Shown in pieces: positions 1 to 8,677 of a stretch of DNA of 63,507 bases. The position numbers and the translations under genes are program-made. This DNA comes from Candidatus Omnitrophota bacterium (GTDB lineage: Bacteria > Omnitrophota > Gorgyraeia > JAHIPI01), in contig JAZDNG010000039.1 of the NCBI GenBank assembly GCA_043800065.1, positions 1 to 63,507 of the forward strand, written 5' to 3'. How positions within the stretch are numbered: position 1 is the stretch's first letter; the number at the start of each line of letters is the position of its first letter. The notes below the pieces were generated by a model that was not told where the DNA came from, searched no databases, and saw nothing but the letters and a program-made list of their open reading frames with translations.

Positions 1-399
<399 letters not shown>

Positions 400-1142
400 A
401 AGTAAAATGACCGTTTGCTGTCTTTAAAATTGGCCATATGCTGGAAAATCCGAGGATTACTCACTACTTGACAACCGAAATGAATAGAGATATAATATCT
501 CTATCATGTCAAGTGACAATGTGCAGTATGCGGACAATCAGCAGGTAAGCGGGAATAATAGAATCTCCGATGAATACTTTGCCGGCTTTGTTGATGGTGA
601 AGGATGTTTCTACGTGGGATTCAGTAAGCGAATAGATTTGCCTCTAAAGTGGCAAGTTATTACTGAATTTCACCTGAGTCAAAATCCAGGTGGTAAAAAT
701 ATTCTCGAAGGGTTTCAAGAGAGGTTAGGTTGTGGATATATAAAACCAAACCATCCTAAGAATCCAAGAGATAAATCGTGGGTTTTGATTGTGAAAGACA
801 GAAAAGATTTGTGCGAGAAACTCGTGCCTTTCCTTAAGAAGCATCCAGTTCATTCTGCTAAAGCAGGCGACTTTCGCATTTTTAGTCAAGTGCTCGAGAT
901 TATAAATAAAGGAGAGCATTTGAAGCGCGAAGGTTTCAACAAAGTGGTAGAATTGGTATTTAAATCATCCAAAGCAAAGTTTAAGCGATATTCAAAAGAG
1001 ATTCTTATAAATTCCTGAAACCTCAGAGACTATACGCCAATCATCTGAAAAAGATGAAGATATAGTCCGAGCTGCGTAGCGATACGCAGAGATTGGCAGA
1101 AATGTCCAATCCTCCCGCCAGTAGCGGGAAGTAACAAAGCTG
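400..1142 (+). mobile_element. Group I intron interrupting 23S rRNA (helix 93 region)
   Basis: Joining 399 to 1143 restores the conserved GAACGTCG-GNRA-GACAGT|TCGGTCTCTATCTGCC string. P1 is GACAGT (394-399) paired with GCTGTC (417-422), giving a U:G pair at the 5' splice site. The terminal intron nucleotide is G (1142). Core R-like TCAGAGACTATA (1023-1034) and S-like AAGATATAGTCC (1057-1068) are present. It carries a homing-endonuclease ORF. Confidence 0.85.
506..1018 (+). CDS. LAGLIDADG homing endonuclease, single-motif (I-CreI-like homodimer class), intron-encoded
   Basis: 170-aa ORF lying wholly inside the intron. It has one LAGLIDADG motif (YFAGFVDGEGCFYV) near the N-terminus. Size is typical of single-motif enzymes. 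The stop codon lies 4 nt before the intron R element. Confidence 0.85.
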   Translation: MSSDNVQYADNQQVSGNNRISDEYFAGFVDGEGCFYVGFSKRIDLPLKWQVITEFHLSQNPGGKNILEGFQERLGCGYIKPNHPKNPRDKSWVLIVKDRKDLCEKLVPFLKKHPVHSAKAGDFRIFSQVLEIINKGEHLKREGFNKVVELVFKSSKAKFKRYSKEILINS

Positions 1143-1440
1143 TCGGTCTCTATCTGCCATGGGCGCAGGAAATCTGCGAGGATACTTCCTCAGTACGAGA
1201 GGACCAGGAAGTACGTGCCACTGGTGCTCCAGTTATCGCGCCAGCGGTAAAAGCTGGGTAGCTATGCACGGAAAGGATAAGCGCTGAAGGCATATAAGCG
1301 CCAAGCCCCCCTCAAGACTAGATTTCCCTCCCCGCAAGGGGACTAAGACACCTTGAAGACTACAAGGTTGATAGGCCAGATGTGTAAGACCCGCGAGGGT
1401 TTGAGCTTACTGGTACTAATCTGTCGAAAGGCTTGACCAC
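1143..1440 (+). rRNA. rrl: 23S rRNA exon 2 (3' end of gene, end approximate)
   Basis: TCGGTCTCTATCTGCCATGGGCG, CAGTACGAGAGGACC (sarcin-ricin loop region) and GGTTGATAGGCC are read directly. The terminal TACTAAT...GGCTTGACC resembles the E. coli 3' end. Confidence 0.9.
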
Positions 1441-1511
1441 TTGTTATAATAGATAGAAGTACTCGATTTACTTCAATATATATTGTTAATTTTTGGATAA
1501 ACAAAAATATT

Positions 1512-1627
1512 GTCGGTGCTCATAGCGAAGGGGTCACACCCGTTCCCATCCCGAATACGGTAGTTAAGCCCTTCAGCGCCAATGGTACTTCAGTCGGAAG
1601 GCTGCGGGAGAGTAGGTTAGTGCCGGC
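1512..1627 (+). rRNA. rrf: 5S rRNA
   Basis: CCCGTTCCCATCCCGAATACGGTAGTTAAGC core. Helix I closes GTCGGTGC (5') with GTGCCGGC (3'). About 116 nt, 70 nt after the 23S end. Confidence 0.9.
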
Positions 1628-1635
1628 TTAAATTT

Positions 1636-1669
1636 GCCCCGCTGCATAAAGCAGCGGGGCATTTTTTTA
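1636..1669 (+). terminator. Intrinsic terminator of the rRNA operon
   Basis: Perfect 10-bp GC-rich stem GCCCCGCTGC/GCAGCGGGGC with a 5-nt loop, followed by a T7 run. Confidence 0.85.
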
Positions 1670-1769
1670 TTCTATATTCTTATCCTTGACAATTTTCTGC
1701 AATTACTATACTATAAACCATATATTGATATAATCGATCCTATTACGATTTGAAAAAAAGGAGCTGATC

Positions 1770-3830
1770 GTGGCGGAATATGACGCGAAAAATATACGGA
1801 ATATAGCAATACTCGGTCATTCCGGGGCGGGAAAAACATCGGCGGCGGAACACCTTTTAAGCGAAGGAGGCGCCATACCGAAGCCCGGAAGTATTAACGA
1901 AGGCAGTACTGTCAGCGATTATAACAAAGACGAGATAGAGCGGAAGATTTCAATAAATTCATCGGTACTCCACGTTGCCCGCGATGGTGTTAAGGTAAAT
2001 ATTATAGACACGCCCGGATATTCGGACTTTGTGGGCGAGGTCATATCGGCCATTTCGGTAGTAGAGGGGGCGGTTATAGTAGTGAATGCGGTGCACGGCA
2101 TAGAGACGGGGACCAATCAGGCATTTAAATTCATACAGAGTAAAAATATTCCGGCAGTAGTTTTCATAAATAAGATGGATAAAGAGAACGCCGATTTCAA
2201 TAAATGTGTAGAAGCGCTGCAGAATAAATTTGGCAAAAAATGCGTAGTTACCGGTTACCCCATAGGAAAAGAATCGTCCTTTAAGGGCGTGGCTAACCTT
2301 CTGACAAAAGAAGGGGTAGATTCTCTCAGCGGGACAAATAAAGACGACGCAAAGAAGGAAAGCGATATGCTGGTGGAGAGCGTTGCCGAATCTGACGATG
2401 CCCTTTTAGAGAAATACCTGGATAAAGGAGAGCTTTCGGCCGATGAAATCAAGGGCGCCTTCCGAAAAGGTGTAGTACAGGGCAAGGTTATACCTATCAT
2501 TGCCGGCTCAGCGGCAACTCATTTGGGCATAAAGGAGCTTTTAAATGCCGTAATAAATTATCTTCCTTCACCGGCGGATGTTGCGGCTCGTGAGGGCATT
2601 AATCTCAAAGACAATAGTTCCGCAAAGATAGAGATCGAGAAAGACGCGCCTTTCTCGGCATGCGTATTTAAGACGATATCAGATCCGTATGTAGGGCAGA
2701 TAACCATCTTTAAGGTATTTTCCGGATCCATCGCGGCAAATGCGACATTGTACAATGTGACTAAAAGGGCAAGAGAAAAAATAAGCCAGCTTTCCGTAAT
2801 GCAGGGAAAGCAATTAAAAGGTGTTGACGCGCTATCGGCCGGGGATATCGGGTGCGTCATGAAACTTAAAGATACCGGAACTAACGATTCTTTAGGCGAT
2901 GAGAAAAATCCTATACAATTTCCGCCGATAAGTTTTCCGGAACCGGCAATGTCATTTTCCATAAAACCAAAGACGCAGGCGGACGAAGACAAAATATCAA
3001 GCGCCCTACATCGCCTTGTTGCAGAAGATACGACCCTTAAAGCGGTGAGGGATGCCCAGACAAAAGAAGAAATAATATCAGGAATGGGAGACCTCCATTT
3101 AAACATAGTCATAAACCGCCTCAAGGATAGGTTTGGGGTGAGTGTTGATATCGGGACGCCCAAAGTGGCCTATAAAGAGACGATTATAACAAAGGGCGAC
3201 GCACAATACAGGCACAAAAAGCAGTCAGGCGGCGCAGGGCAATTTGCCGAGGTTTGGCTGAGGGTAGAACCGCTCCAACGGGGCGAGGGATTCCAATTTG
3301 TCAGCGAGGTCGTAGGCGGCTCCATTCCGGCGCCGTTTATAGTGAGTTGCGAAAAAGGCGTGAAGACCGCGCTCGATAACGGCAGTTTGGCCGGCTATCC
3401 GGTGGTTGATGTGAAGGTTGTGGTGTACGACGGAAAGACGCATCCTGTCGACTCAAAGGATATTGCGTTTCAGGTGGCTGCCAGGCAGGCATTTCGCGAG
3501 GCCTTTTTGAAAGCAAAGCCGATTCTCTTAGAGCCGATAATGGATGTAGACGTGACAGTGCCGGATGAATATATGGGGAGCATTACAGGGAGCCTCAATT
3601 CAAGACGCGGCAGGATTCTCGGCATGGAGCCGGGCGAGGGCGCGCAGACTATTAAGGCAAAAGTGCCGCTCGAGGAGATGTATAAATACGTAAATGAATT
3701 GAAGTCTATTACTGCAGGCAGAGGAACATATACCATGAAGTTCTCCCATCATGAACAGGTGCCGCCTAATGTAGCCCAGAATATTATCCAGAAGGCACAG
3801 GCGGCAAAGGTGGAGGAGAAGGAAGAGTGA
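1770..3830 (+). CDS. Elongation factor G paralog (EF-G2-like translational GTPase)
   Basis: GTG start with AAAGGAG upstream. G1 GHSGAGKTS, G3 DTPGYSDF, G4 NKMD, and EF-G domains II-V are recognizable. The N-terminus resembles EF-G2 (LVGHAGSGKTT type) rather than the canonical AHIDAGKTT of fusA. Confidence 0.8.
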   Translation: MAEYDAKNIRNIAILGHSGAGKTSAAEHLLSEGGAIPKPGSINEGSTVSDYNKDEIERKISINSSVLHVARDGVKVNIIDTPGYSDFVGEVISAISVVEGAVIVVNAVHGIETGTNQAFKFIQSKNIPAVVFINKMDKENADFNKCVEALQNKFGKKCVVTGYPIGKESSFKGVANLLTKEGVDSLSGTNKDDAKKESDMLVESVAESDDALLEKYLDKGELSADEIKGAFRKGVVQGKVIPIIAGSAATHLGIKELLNAVINYLPSPADVAAREGINLKDNSSAKIEIEKDAPFSACVFKTISDPYVGQITIFKVFSGSIAANATLYNVTKRAREKISQLSVMQGKQLKGVDALSAGDIGCVMKLKDTGTNDSLGDEKNPIQFPPISFPEPAMSFSIKPKTQADEDKISSALHRLVAEDTTLKAVRDAQTKEEIISGMGDLHLNIVINRLKDRFGVSVDIGTPKVAYKETIITKGDAQYRHKKQSGGAGQFAEVWLRVEPLQRGEGFQFVSEVVGGSIPAPFIVSCEKGVKTALDNGSLAGYPVVDVKVVVYDGKTHPVDSKDIAFQVAARQAFREAFLKAKPILLEPIMDVDVTVPDEYMGSITGSLNSRRGRILGMEPGEGAQTIKAKVPLEEMYKYVNELKSITAGRGTYTMKFSHHEQVPPNVAQNIIQKAQAAKVEEKEE

Positions 3831-3859
3831 TTTACAAGGTGCTATTTACGTGGTATAAT
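3831..3859 (+). promoter_or_regulatory. Candidate sigma70 promoter upstream of yebC
   Basis: TTTACA, 17-nt spacer, TATAAT, with TGG immediately 5' of the -10 (extended -10). Confidence 0.45.
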
Positions 3860-3870
3860 TTAATTGTATA

Positions 3871-3932
3871 GCGATTAGCGTCTGGCGTATAGTAAAACTA
3901 AACGCTAAACCCTATACGCTAAACGCTAAAGC
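3871..3932 (+). repeat. Heptamer-repeat hairpin: (GCGNNTA)x3 arm opposite (CTAAACG-like)x5 arm
   Basis: Five tandem heptamers CTAAACG/CTAAACC/CTATACG/CTAAACG/CTAAAGC (3898-3932). They are complementary, with G:U pairs, to GCGATTAGCGTCTGGCGTATAG (3871-3892). Confidence 0.6.
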
Positions 3933-3952
3933 AATTCTATCAGGGGTGCTAA

Positions 3953-4693
3953 ATGTCCGGACATTCGAAGTGGGCTACGATAAAACATAAAAAAGCTGCA
4001 ACAGACTCCAAAAGAGGCAAGCTTTTTACCAAGTTGATAAAGATGCTTACTGTCGCGGCGAAAAACGGAGGCGGTAGTCCCGATACAAACCCTTCTTTAC
4101 GTTTGGCTATAGATAAAGCCAAAGAAGCAAATATGCCGCAGGATAACATAGAAAGGGCGATAAAAAAGGGCACGGGAGAATTGCCCGGCGTTTCATACGA
4201 ATCGGTATCTTACGAAGGCTACGGCCCGGGCGGTGTCGCTTTTTACGTAGATGTGCTTACGGATAATAAAAATAGAGTGACCGCCGAAATAAGGACCATA
4301 TTTTCAAAAATCGGCGGCAACCTGGCCGGCGCGGGCGCAGTAAGCTGGCTTTTCGAGAAAAAAGGGCTTTTTATAGTAAACAAAAAAGACGCGTCCGAAG
4401 ATAAATTGATGTCCATAGTGTTGGATGCGGGCGCAGAAGATATGTCGGATGAGAGCGAGACATATGAGATTAAATGCCAGCCGGTGGATTACGAAAAGAT
4501 AAAAAAGGCGCTTGATACCGCTAAGATCAAAGTGGAATCTTCTGAAGTCACTTTTCTCCCGAAGAATACCGTTAAGGTGTCCGGCGATCAGGCAAAGCAG
4601 GTTCTGAATCTGGTAGAGCAGCTAGAGGATAACGACGATGTGCAGAACGTCTATGCCAACTTCGATATACCGGATGATATCCTGAATGCGTAG
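3953..4693 (+). CDS. yebC: YebC/PmpR family transcriptional regulator
   Basis: MSGHSKWATIKHKKA N-terminus and length are diagnostic. It sits directly upstream of ruvC, as in many bacteria. Confidence 0.9.
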   Translation: MSGHSKWATIKHKKAATDSKRGKLFTKLIKMLTVAAKNGGGSPDTNPSLRLAIDKAKEANMPQDNIERAIKKGTGELPGVSYESVSYEGYGPGGVAFYVDVLTDNKNRVTAEIRTIFSKIGGNLAGAGAVSWLFEKKGLFIVNKKDASEDKLMSIVLDAGAEDMSDESETYEIKCQPVDYEKIKKALDTAKIKVESSEVTFLPKNTVKVSGDQAKQVLNLVEQLEDNDDVQNVYANFDIPDDILNA

Positions 4694-4741
4694 TTCCGGA
4701 TAACCGGATTCAGCCAAAGGCTGATCCGCCTCAGGCGGAAA

Positions 4742-4761
4742 CCGGATATCCGGATATCCGG
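4742..4761. repeat. CCGGATATCCGGATATCCGG overlapping palindrome (intergenic copy)
   Basis: Exact 20-mer, repeated at 10412-10431 inside tgt. It is embedded in a run of small hairpins (TCCGGATAACCGGA, CAGCC-AAA-GGCTG, TCCGCC-TCA-GGCGGA) between yebC and ruvC. Confidence 0.7.
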
Positions 4762-4773
4762 AGCGAATAATAC

Positions 4774-5265
4774 ATGAAAATTCTTGGTGTTGACCCGGGA
4801 CTGGGTATTACGGGCTATGGCCTGGTGGATGATACTGCCCGAGGCGCTAAGCTTATAGAAGCGGGCGTCATAAGGACATCCGCCGAAAAAGGCATAATGG
4901 CGCGGCTCCTCAAAATATACGATGGCCTTTCCGAGATAATAGAAGAATACCGGCCCGAAGTTATAGTAATAGAAAAGATCTATTCTCATTATAAACATCC
5001 GCGAACCGCAATTCTAATGAGCCACGCCCGCGGTATCGTATGCCTTCTTGCGGGAAAATATAATCTCGAACTTATTAATTACGCCTCCACTCACGTAAAG
5101 AAAACCATAGCCGGACGGGGGCACGCGAGTAAAAATCAGGTTGCGGGTATGGTAAAGACGCTTCTTTCTTTAAAAGAAGTGCCGAAACCCGAAGACGTTA
5201 CCGATGCCCTGGCATTGGCTATGAGCCATTTGGACTTCATAAAAGTAAAGAGGCGGTATAAATGA
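4774..5265 (+). CDS. ruvC: Holliday junction resolvase RuvC
   Basis: MKILGVDPGLGITGYG N-terminus, about 160 aa, and the ruvC-ruvA-ruvB order. Confidence 0.9.
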   Translation: MKILGVDPGLGITGYGLVDDTARGAKLIEAGVIRTSAEKGIMARLLKIYDGLSEIIEEYRPEVIVIEKIYSHYKHPRTAILMSHARGIVCLLAGKYNLELINYASTHVKKTIAGRGHASKNQVAGMVKTLLSLKEVPKPEDVTDALALAMSHLDFIKVKRRYK

Positions 5266-5918
5266 TATCCCAGATATCCGGAAAACTGAAGCAGAAGAAG
5301 AATAATGCCGTATGGATAGACGTAAACGGCATTTCTTACGAAGTCCTCCTGCCGGGTGTTGTGATGAAGAAGGTAGAGTCCGCCATAGATGAAAACGGCT
5401 GTATAACATTAATCACTTATCATTATTTCCAATCGGACCCATCGCGCTCTATCCCCGTGCTTATAGGTTTCTTGAGCGAAATAGAAAAAGAATTTTTTGA
5501 AAGGTTCATAACTGTTTCGGGCGTCGGCCCTAAAGCGGCCTGTAAGGCCATGGAATTGCCTTTTTCTGCAATAGCGGATGCCATAGACAAGGGCGACATA
5601 GCCATACTTAAAAGCTTGCCGGGCATAGGTGAACAACGGGCGAGGGAAATAATAGCAAAACTGCAGGGCAAAATAGGCAAATATGGCCTCATACAGGATA
5701 AGGCAGCTTCAGGTGAGATATCAATAGAGGAAGATATTAAAAAAGAGGCCCTCGATGTACTTACTCAGCTTCAGTACGCGAAATCGGAAGCAAAAACCAT
5801 GATAGATGACGCGCTTGGCAGAAATCCAAAAGCCTCATCTTGCGAGGAGCTGCTCAATGAAATATATAAGCAAAAGCAGAAGCAGAAAAAAGAGGACATA
5901 AAGTATGCCGAAAGATAA
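5262..5918 (+). CDS. ruvA: Holliday junction branch migration protein RuvA
   Basis: ATGA overlap with ruvC. The HhH region SVSGVGPKAACKAM and LKSLPGIGEQRAREI is recognizable. Confidence 0.88.
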   Translation: MISQISGKLKQKKNNAVWIDVNGISYEVLLPGVVMKKVESAIDENGCITLITYHYFQSDPSRSIPVLIGFLSEIEKEFFERFITVSGVGPKAACKAMELPFSAIADAIDKGDIAILKSLPGIGEQRAREIIAKLQGKIGKYGLIQDKAASGEISIEEDIKKEALDVLTQLQYAKSEAKTMIDDALGRNPKASSCEELLNEIYKQKQKQKKEDIKYAER

Positions 5919-6945
5919 TGAATCTCCGAAAAGAGAGAGATTAATAGGCCTGGAAGAGGCAGAGGAAGATGTCCTCAGTTTATCCCTGCGTCCAAGCTCT
6001 CTTTCGGATTTTGTAGGGCAGAAGAGCGTAGTTGATAACCTCATCGTCGCCATAAAAGCCGCAAAGAAGAGGAGCGAGCCGCTTGAGCACGTGCTCTTTT
6101 CGGGCCCTCCGGGCCTTGGTAAGACTACCTTAGCGTACATAATCGCTCACGAAATGGGCACCAAGATGACTTCTACGAGCGGGCCGGCAATCGAACGGCC
6201 GGGAGATCTTATAGGAATATTGACCAATCTTTCAGAGGGGGATGTCCTGTTTATAGACGAAATCCACAGGATGTCAAAGGTTGTGGAAGAATTTTTATAT
6301 CCCGCGATGGAGAATTTTCAGATAGATTTTATAATAGATAAAGGGCCTTATGCCAAAACGATAAAATTTAATCTTAAACATTTTACTCTTATAGGCGCTA
6401 CCACGAGATCCGGGCTTTTGAGCGCGGCCCTGCGCGGCAGATTCGGGATGTTTTATCATATGGATTTCTATGAACCCGGCGAGCTTGTTAGTATAATAAA
6501 GCGCTCAGCTTCTATTCTTGGTATACATATTGATTCGGACGGAGCTCTTGAGGTCGCCAAAAGAGCGCGCGGGACTCCAAGGATAGCAAACCGGCTTTTG
6601 CGCAGGGTCAGGGACTGGACGGAAGTGAAAGCCGACGGCACCATTACAAAGGCGATAGCCGAAAAGGCGCTTAATGATCAGGGCATAGATACTCTGGGGC
6701 TTGATTCGGTAGACAGAAAGGTGATAAAAGCCATAATGGATTTTTATAAAGGCGGGCCCGTAGGCATAGAGTCGCTTGCCGCTACGTTAAACGAGGAAGA
6801 AGATACGATAGTGGATGTAGTCGAGCCATTTTTGCTCAAGATAGGATTTTTGAAGCGGACGCCGCGCGGCCGCGAATTAACGAGCCTCGCGTACGAGCAC
6901 ATGGGTGTTCTTGTAAGCCGCTCGTCTCAAAAAGAGCTTCTATAA
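5905..6945 (+). CDS. ruvB: Holliday junction DNA helicase RuvB
   Basis: LRPSSLSDFVGQ, Walker A GPPGLGKTT, Walker B LFIDEIHR, sensor GATTR. Confidence 0.93.
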   Translation: MPKDNESPKRERLIGLEEAEEDVLSLSLRPSSLSDFVGQKSVVDNLIVAIKAAKKRSEPLEHVLFSGPPGLGKTTLAYIIAHEMGTKMTSTSGPAIERPGDLIGILTNLSEGDVLFIDEIHRMSKVVEEFLYPAMENFQIDFIIDKGPYAKTIKFNLKHFTLIGATTRSGLLSAALRGRFGMFYHMDFYEPGELVSIIKRSASILGIHIDSDGALEVAKRARGTPRIANRLLRRVRDWTEVKADGTITKAIAEKALNDQGIDTLGLDSVDRKVIKAIMDFYKGGPVGIESLAATLNEEEDTIVDVVEPFLLKIGFLKRTPRGRELTSLAYEHMGVLVSRSSQKELL

Positions 6946-7490
6946 TGCGGGTACTGCTGCATGTCTGCTGCGCACCATGCTCCATCCATCCTTTACGGGA
7001 ACTATTAAAATATAAATCCGGGCATATTACCGGGTTTTTTTATAATCCGAACATACATCCCGCCGGAGAATACGAAAAGAGGCGCACTGCCCTCATAGAA
7101 TATTCTAAAGATGCTCATTTTGATGTTGTTTTCGGCAAATACGAGCCGGAAGTTTTTTTCAGTAAAATCAGTACGCGCACTCAAGCGCCGGAGCGCTGTA
7201 AGCTTTGTTGGCAGATGAGACTTGAAAAAACAGCCGAAAGTGCCAAAACCGGAGGATTTGACGCCTTTACCAGCACGCTTTTGGTAAGCCCCTACCAAGA
7301 CCAGGAAGAGATTATAAGAATAGGTTCAGAATTCGGAAAGAGATTCGGCGTTGAGTTTATATCTCGCAATTTCCGCGGCGGTTTCAGAGAGGCGCAGGAA
7401 GAAGCGAAAACCCGCGCCTTATACAGACAGAAATATTGCGGTTGTGTATTCAGCGAAAAAGAGAGATCAGAGAAAAGATGCCGGAAATAA
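6945..7490 (+). CDS. queH: Epoxyqueuosine reductase QueH (DUF208)
   Basis: LLHVCCAPCS N-terminus, FFYNPNIHP, CKLCWQMRL and C-terminal YRQKYCGC cysteine pattern. Adjacent to queA and tgt. Confidence 0.75.
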   Translation: MRVLLHVCCAPCSIHPLRELLKYKSGHITGFFYNPNIHPAGEYEKRRTALIEYSKDAHFDVVFGKYEPEVFFSKISTRTQAPERCKLCWQMRLEKTAESAKTGGFDAFTSTLLVSPYQDQEEIIRIGSEFGKRFGVEFISRNFRGGFREAQEEAKTRALYRQKYCGCVFSEKERSEKRCRK

Positions 7491-8677
7491 GAAACCTTAC
7501 TCGTATAATTTATTGTTTGGCGCTTCTTCTTGCCGCATATTCCTGCGTATGCGATAGGCTTTTTGCTGCCCCAGCTTCCCCGGGCGGAAGCTCATACGTG
7601 GTAAGAGTGGCGGTAATAAATGATGCGTCCGAAGTGGAATTGAGAGTTAAGGGGCGCTACAGTATACGCGCTCTTCCCCTGCTTGAGATACTGCGAGAAG
7701 ACTCTAATTTGAAAAAATGCCGTATAGTTCCTACCACGGGCGGCCTTTTGATGGGTACTGAACCTTTTGATATTTACGGGATCAGGATAAAACCTATCGG
7801 TGCGGCAACCATATATGTAAACGGACGGAAATTCAGAGGCGATATAGATGTAATAAGGACCGAGAAGATGAAGCTTCTGGTGATAAACCACGTTGACATA
7901 GAGGATTATGTGAGCGGGGTTTTGTATCACGAAGTATCGCACCTCTGGCCGATGGAGGCGCTTAAGGTGCAGGCGATATCCTCGCGGACTTTTGCTGTTT
8001 ATAAGACTATAGAGTCGCTCGGACGCGATTATGATTTGACAAACGATATATATTCGCAGGTTTACGGCGGCAGGACATCCGAGAAGTATAGGACGAGCAA
8101 GGCGGTGAGAGAGACAAAGGGTAAGATATTGATATACAAGAACAAAGTTCTGCCGGCTTATTTTCATGCCACGTGCGGGGGCCATACAGAAGACGCATCT
8201 TTGTTATGGAATGTCAAAATACCGTCGTTAAAGGGGGTGCCGTGTCCGTATTGCCAAAAATCGCCGCACTTTAAATGGACAGCGACTATTTCCCTTGCCG
8301 ATATAGAAGGAGGTCTAAATAGGGCCGGTTACAAAGTGGGCGATATAAAAGATATAAAAGTATTATCCAGGGATAATTCGGGCAGGGTCGTCAAGGTAGA
8401 CATTTCCAATGCTCTCGGCGAAGAAAAAATACCCGCCAATAAATTCAGATTGGCTGTGGGGCCCAATATTTTGCGGAGCGCCAATTTTGACGTGGCACTA
8501 AGAGGAAAGTCTGCACTTTTTACCGGAAGGGGCTGGGGGCATGGTGTAGGAATGTGCCAATGGGGCGCTTATTATATGTCTCGAGACGGATTTTCCGCAG
8601 AGGAGATATTAAAGTTTTATTATCCGGGGGCCAGCATAGCGAATATGAAGTATTTGTTAGAAGAGACCAATGAATAA
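7478..8677 (+). CDS. SpoIID/LytB-domain protein (secreted; putative peptidoglycan-remodelling)
   Basis: Start moved to the ATG at 7478, preceding a signal-like LTRIIYCLALLLAAYSC. DYVSGVLYHEV...EALKVQAISSRTFA and HGVGMCQWGA motifs. Confidence 0.75.
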   Translation: MPEIRNLTRIIYCLALLLAAYSCVCDRLFAAPASPGGSSYVVRVAVINDASEVELRVKGRYSIRALPLLEILREDSNLKKCRIVPTTGGLLMGTEPFDIYGIRIKPIGAATIYVNGRKFRGDIDVIRTEKMKLLVINHVDIEDYVSGVLYHEVSHLWPMEALKVQAISSRTFAVYKTIESLGRDYDLTNDIYSQVYGGRTSEKYRTSKAVRETKGKILIYKNKVLPAYFHATCGGHTEDASLLWNVKIPSLKGVPCPYCQKSPHFKWTATISLADIEGGLNRAGYKVGDIKDIKVLSRDNSGRVVKVDISNALGEEKIPANKFRLAVGPNILRSANFDVALRGKSALFTGRGWGHGVGMCQWGAYYMSRDGFSAEEILKFYYPGASIANMKYLLEETNE

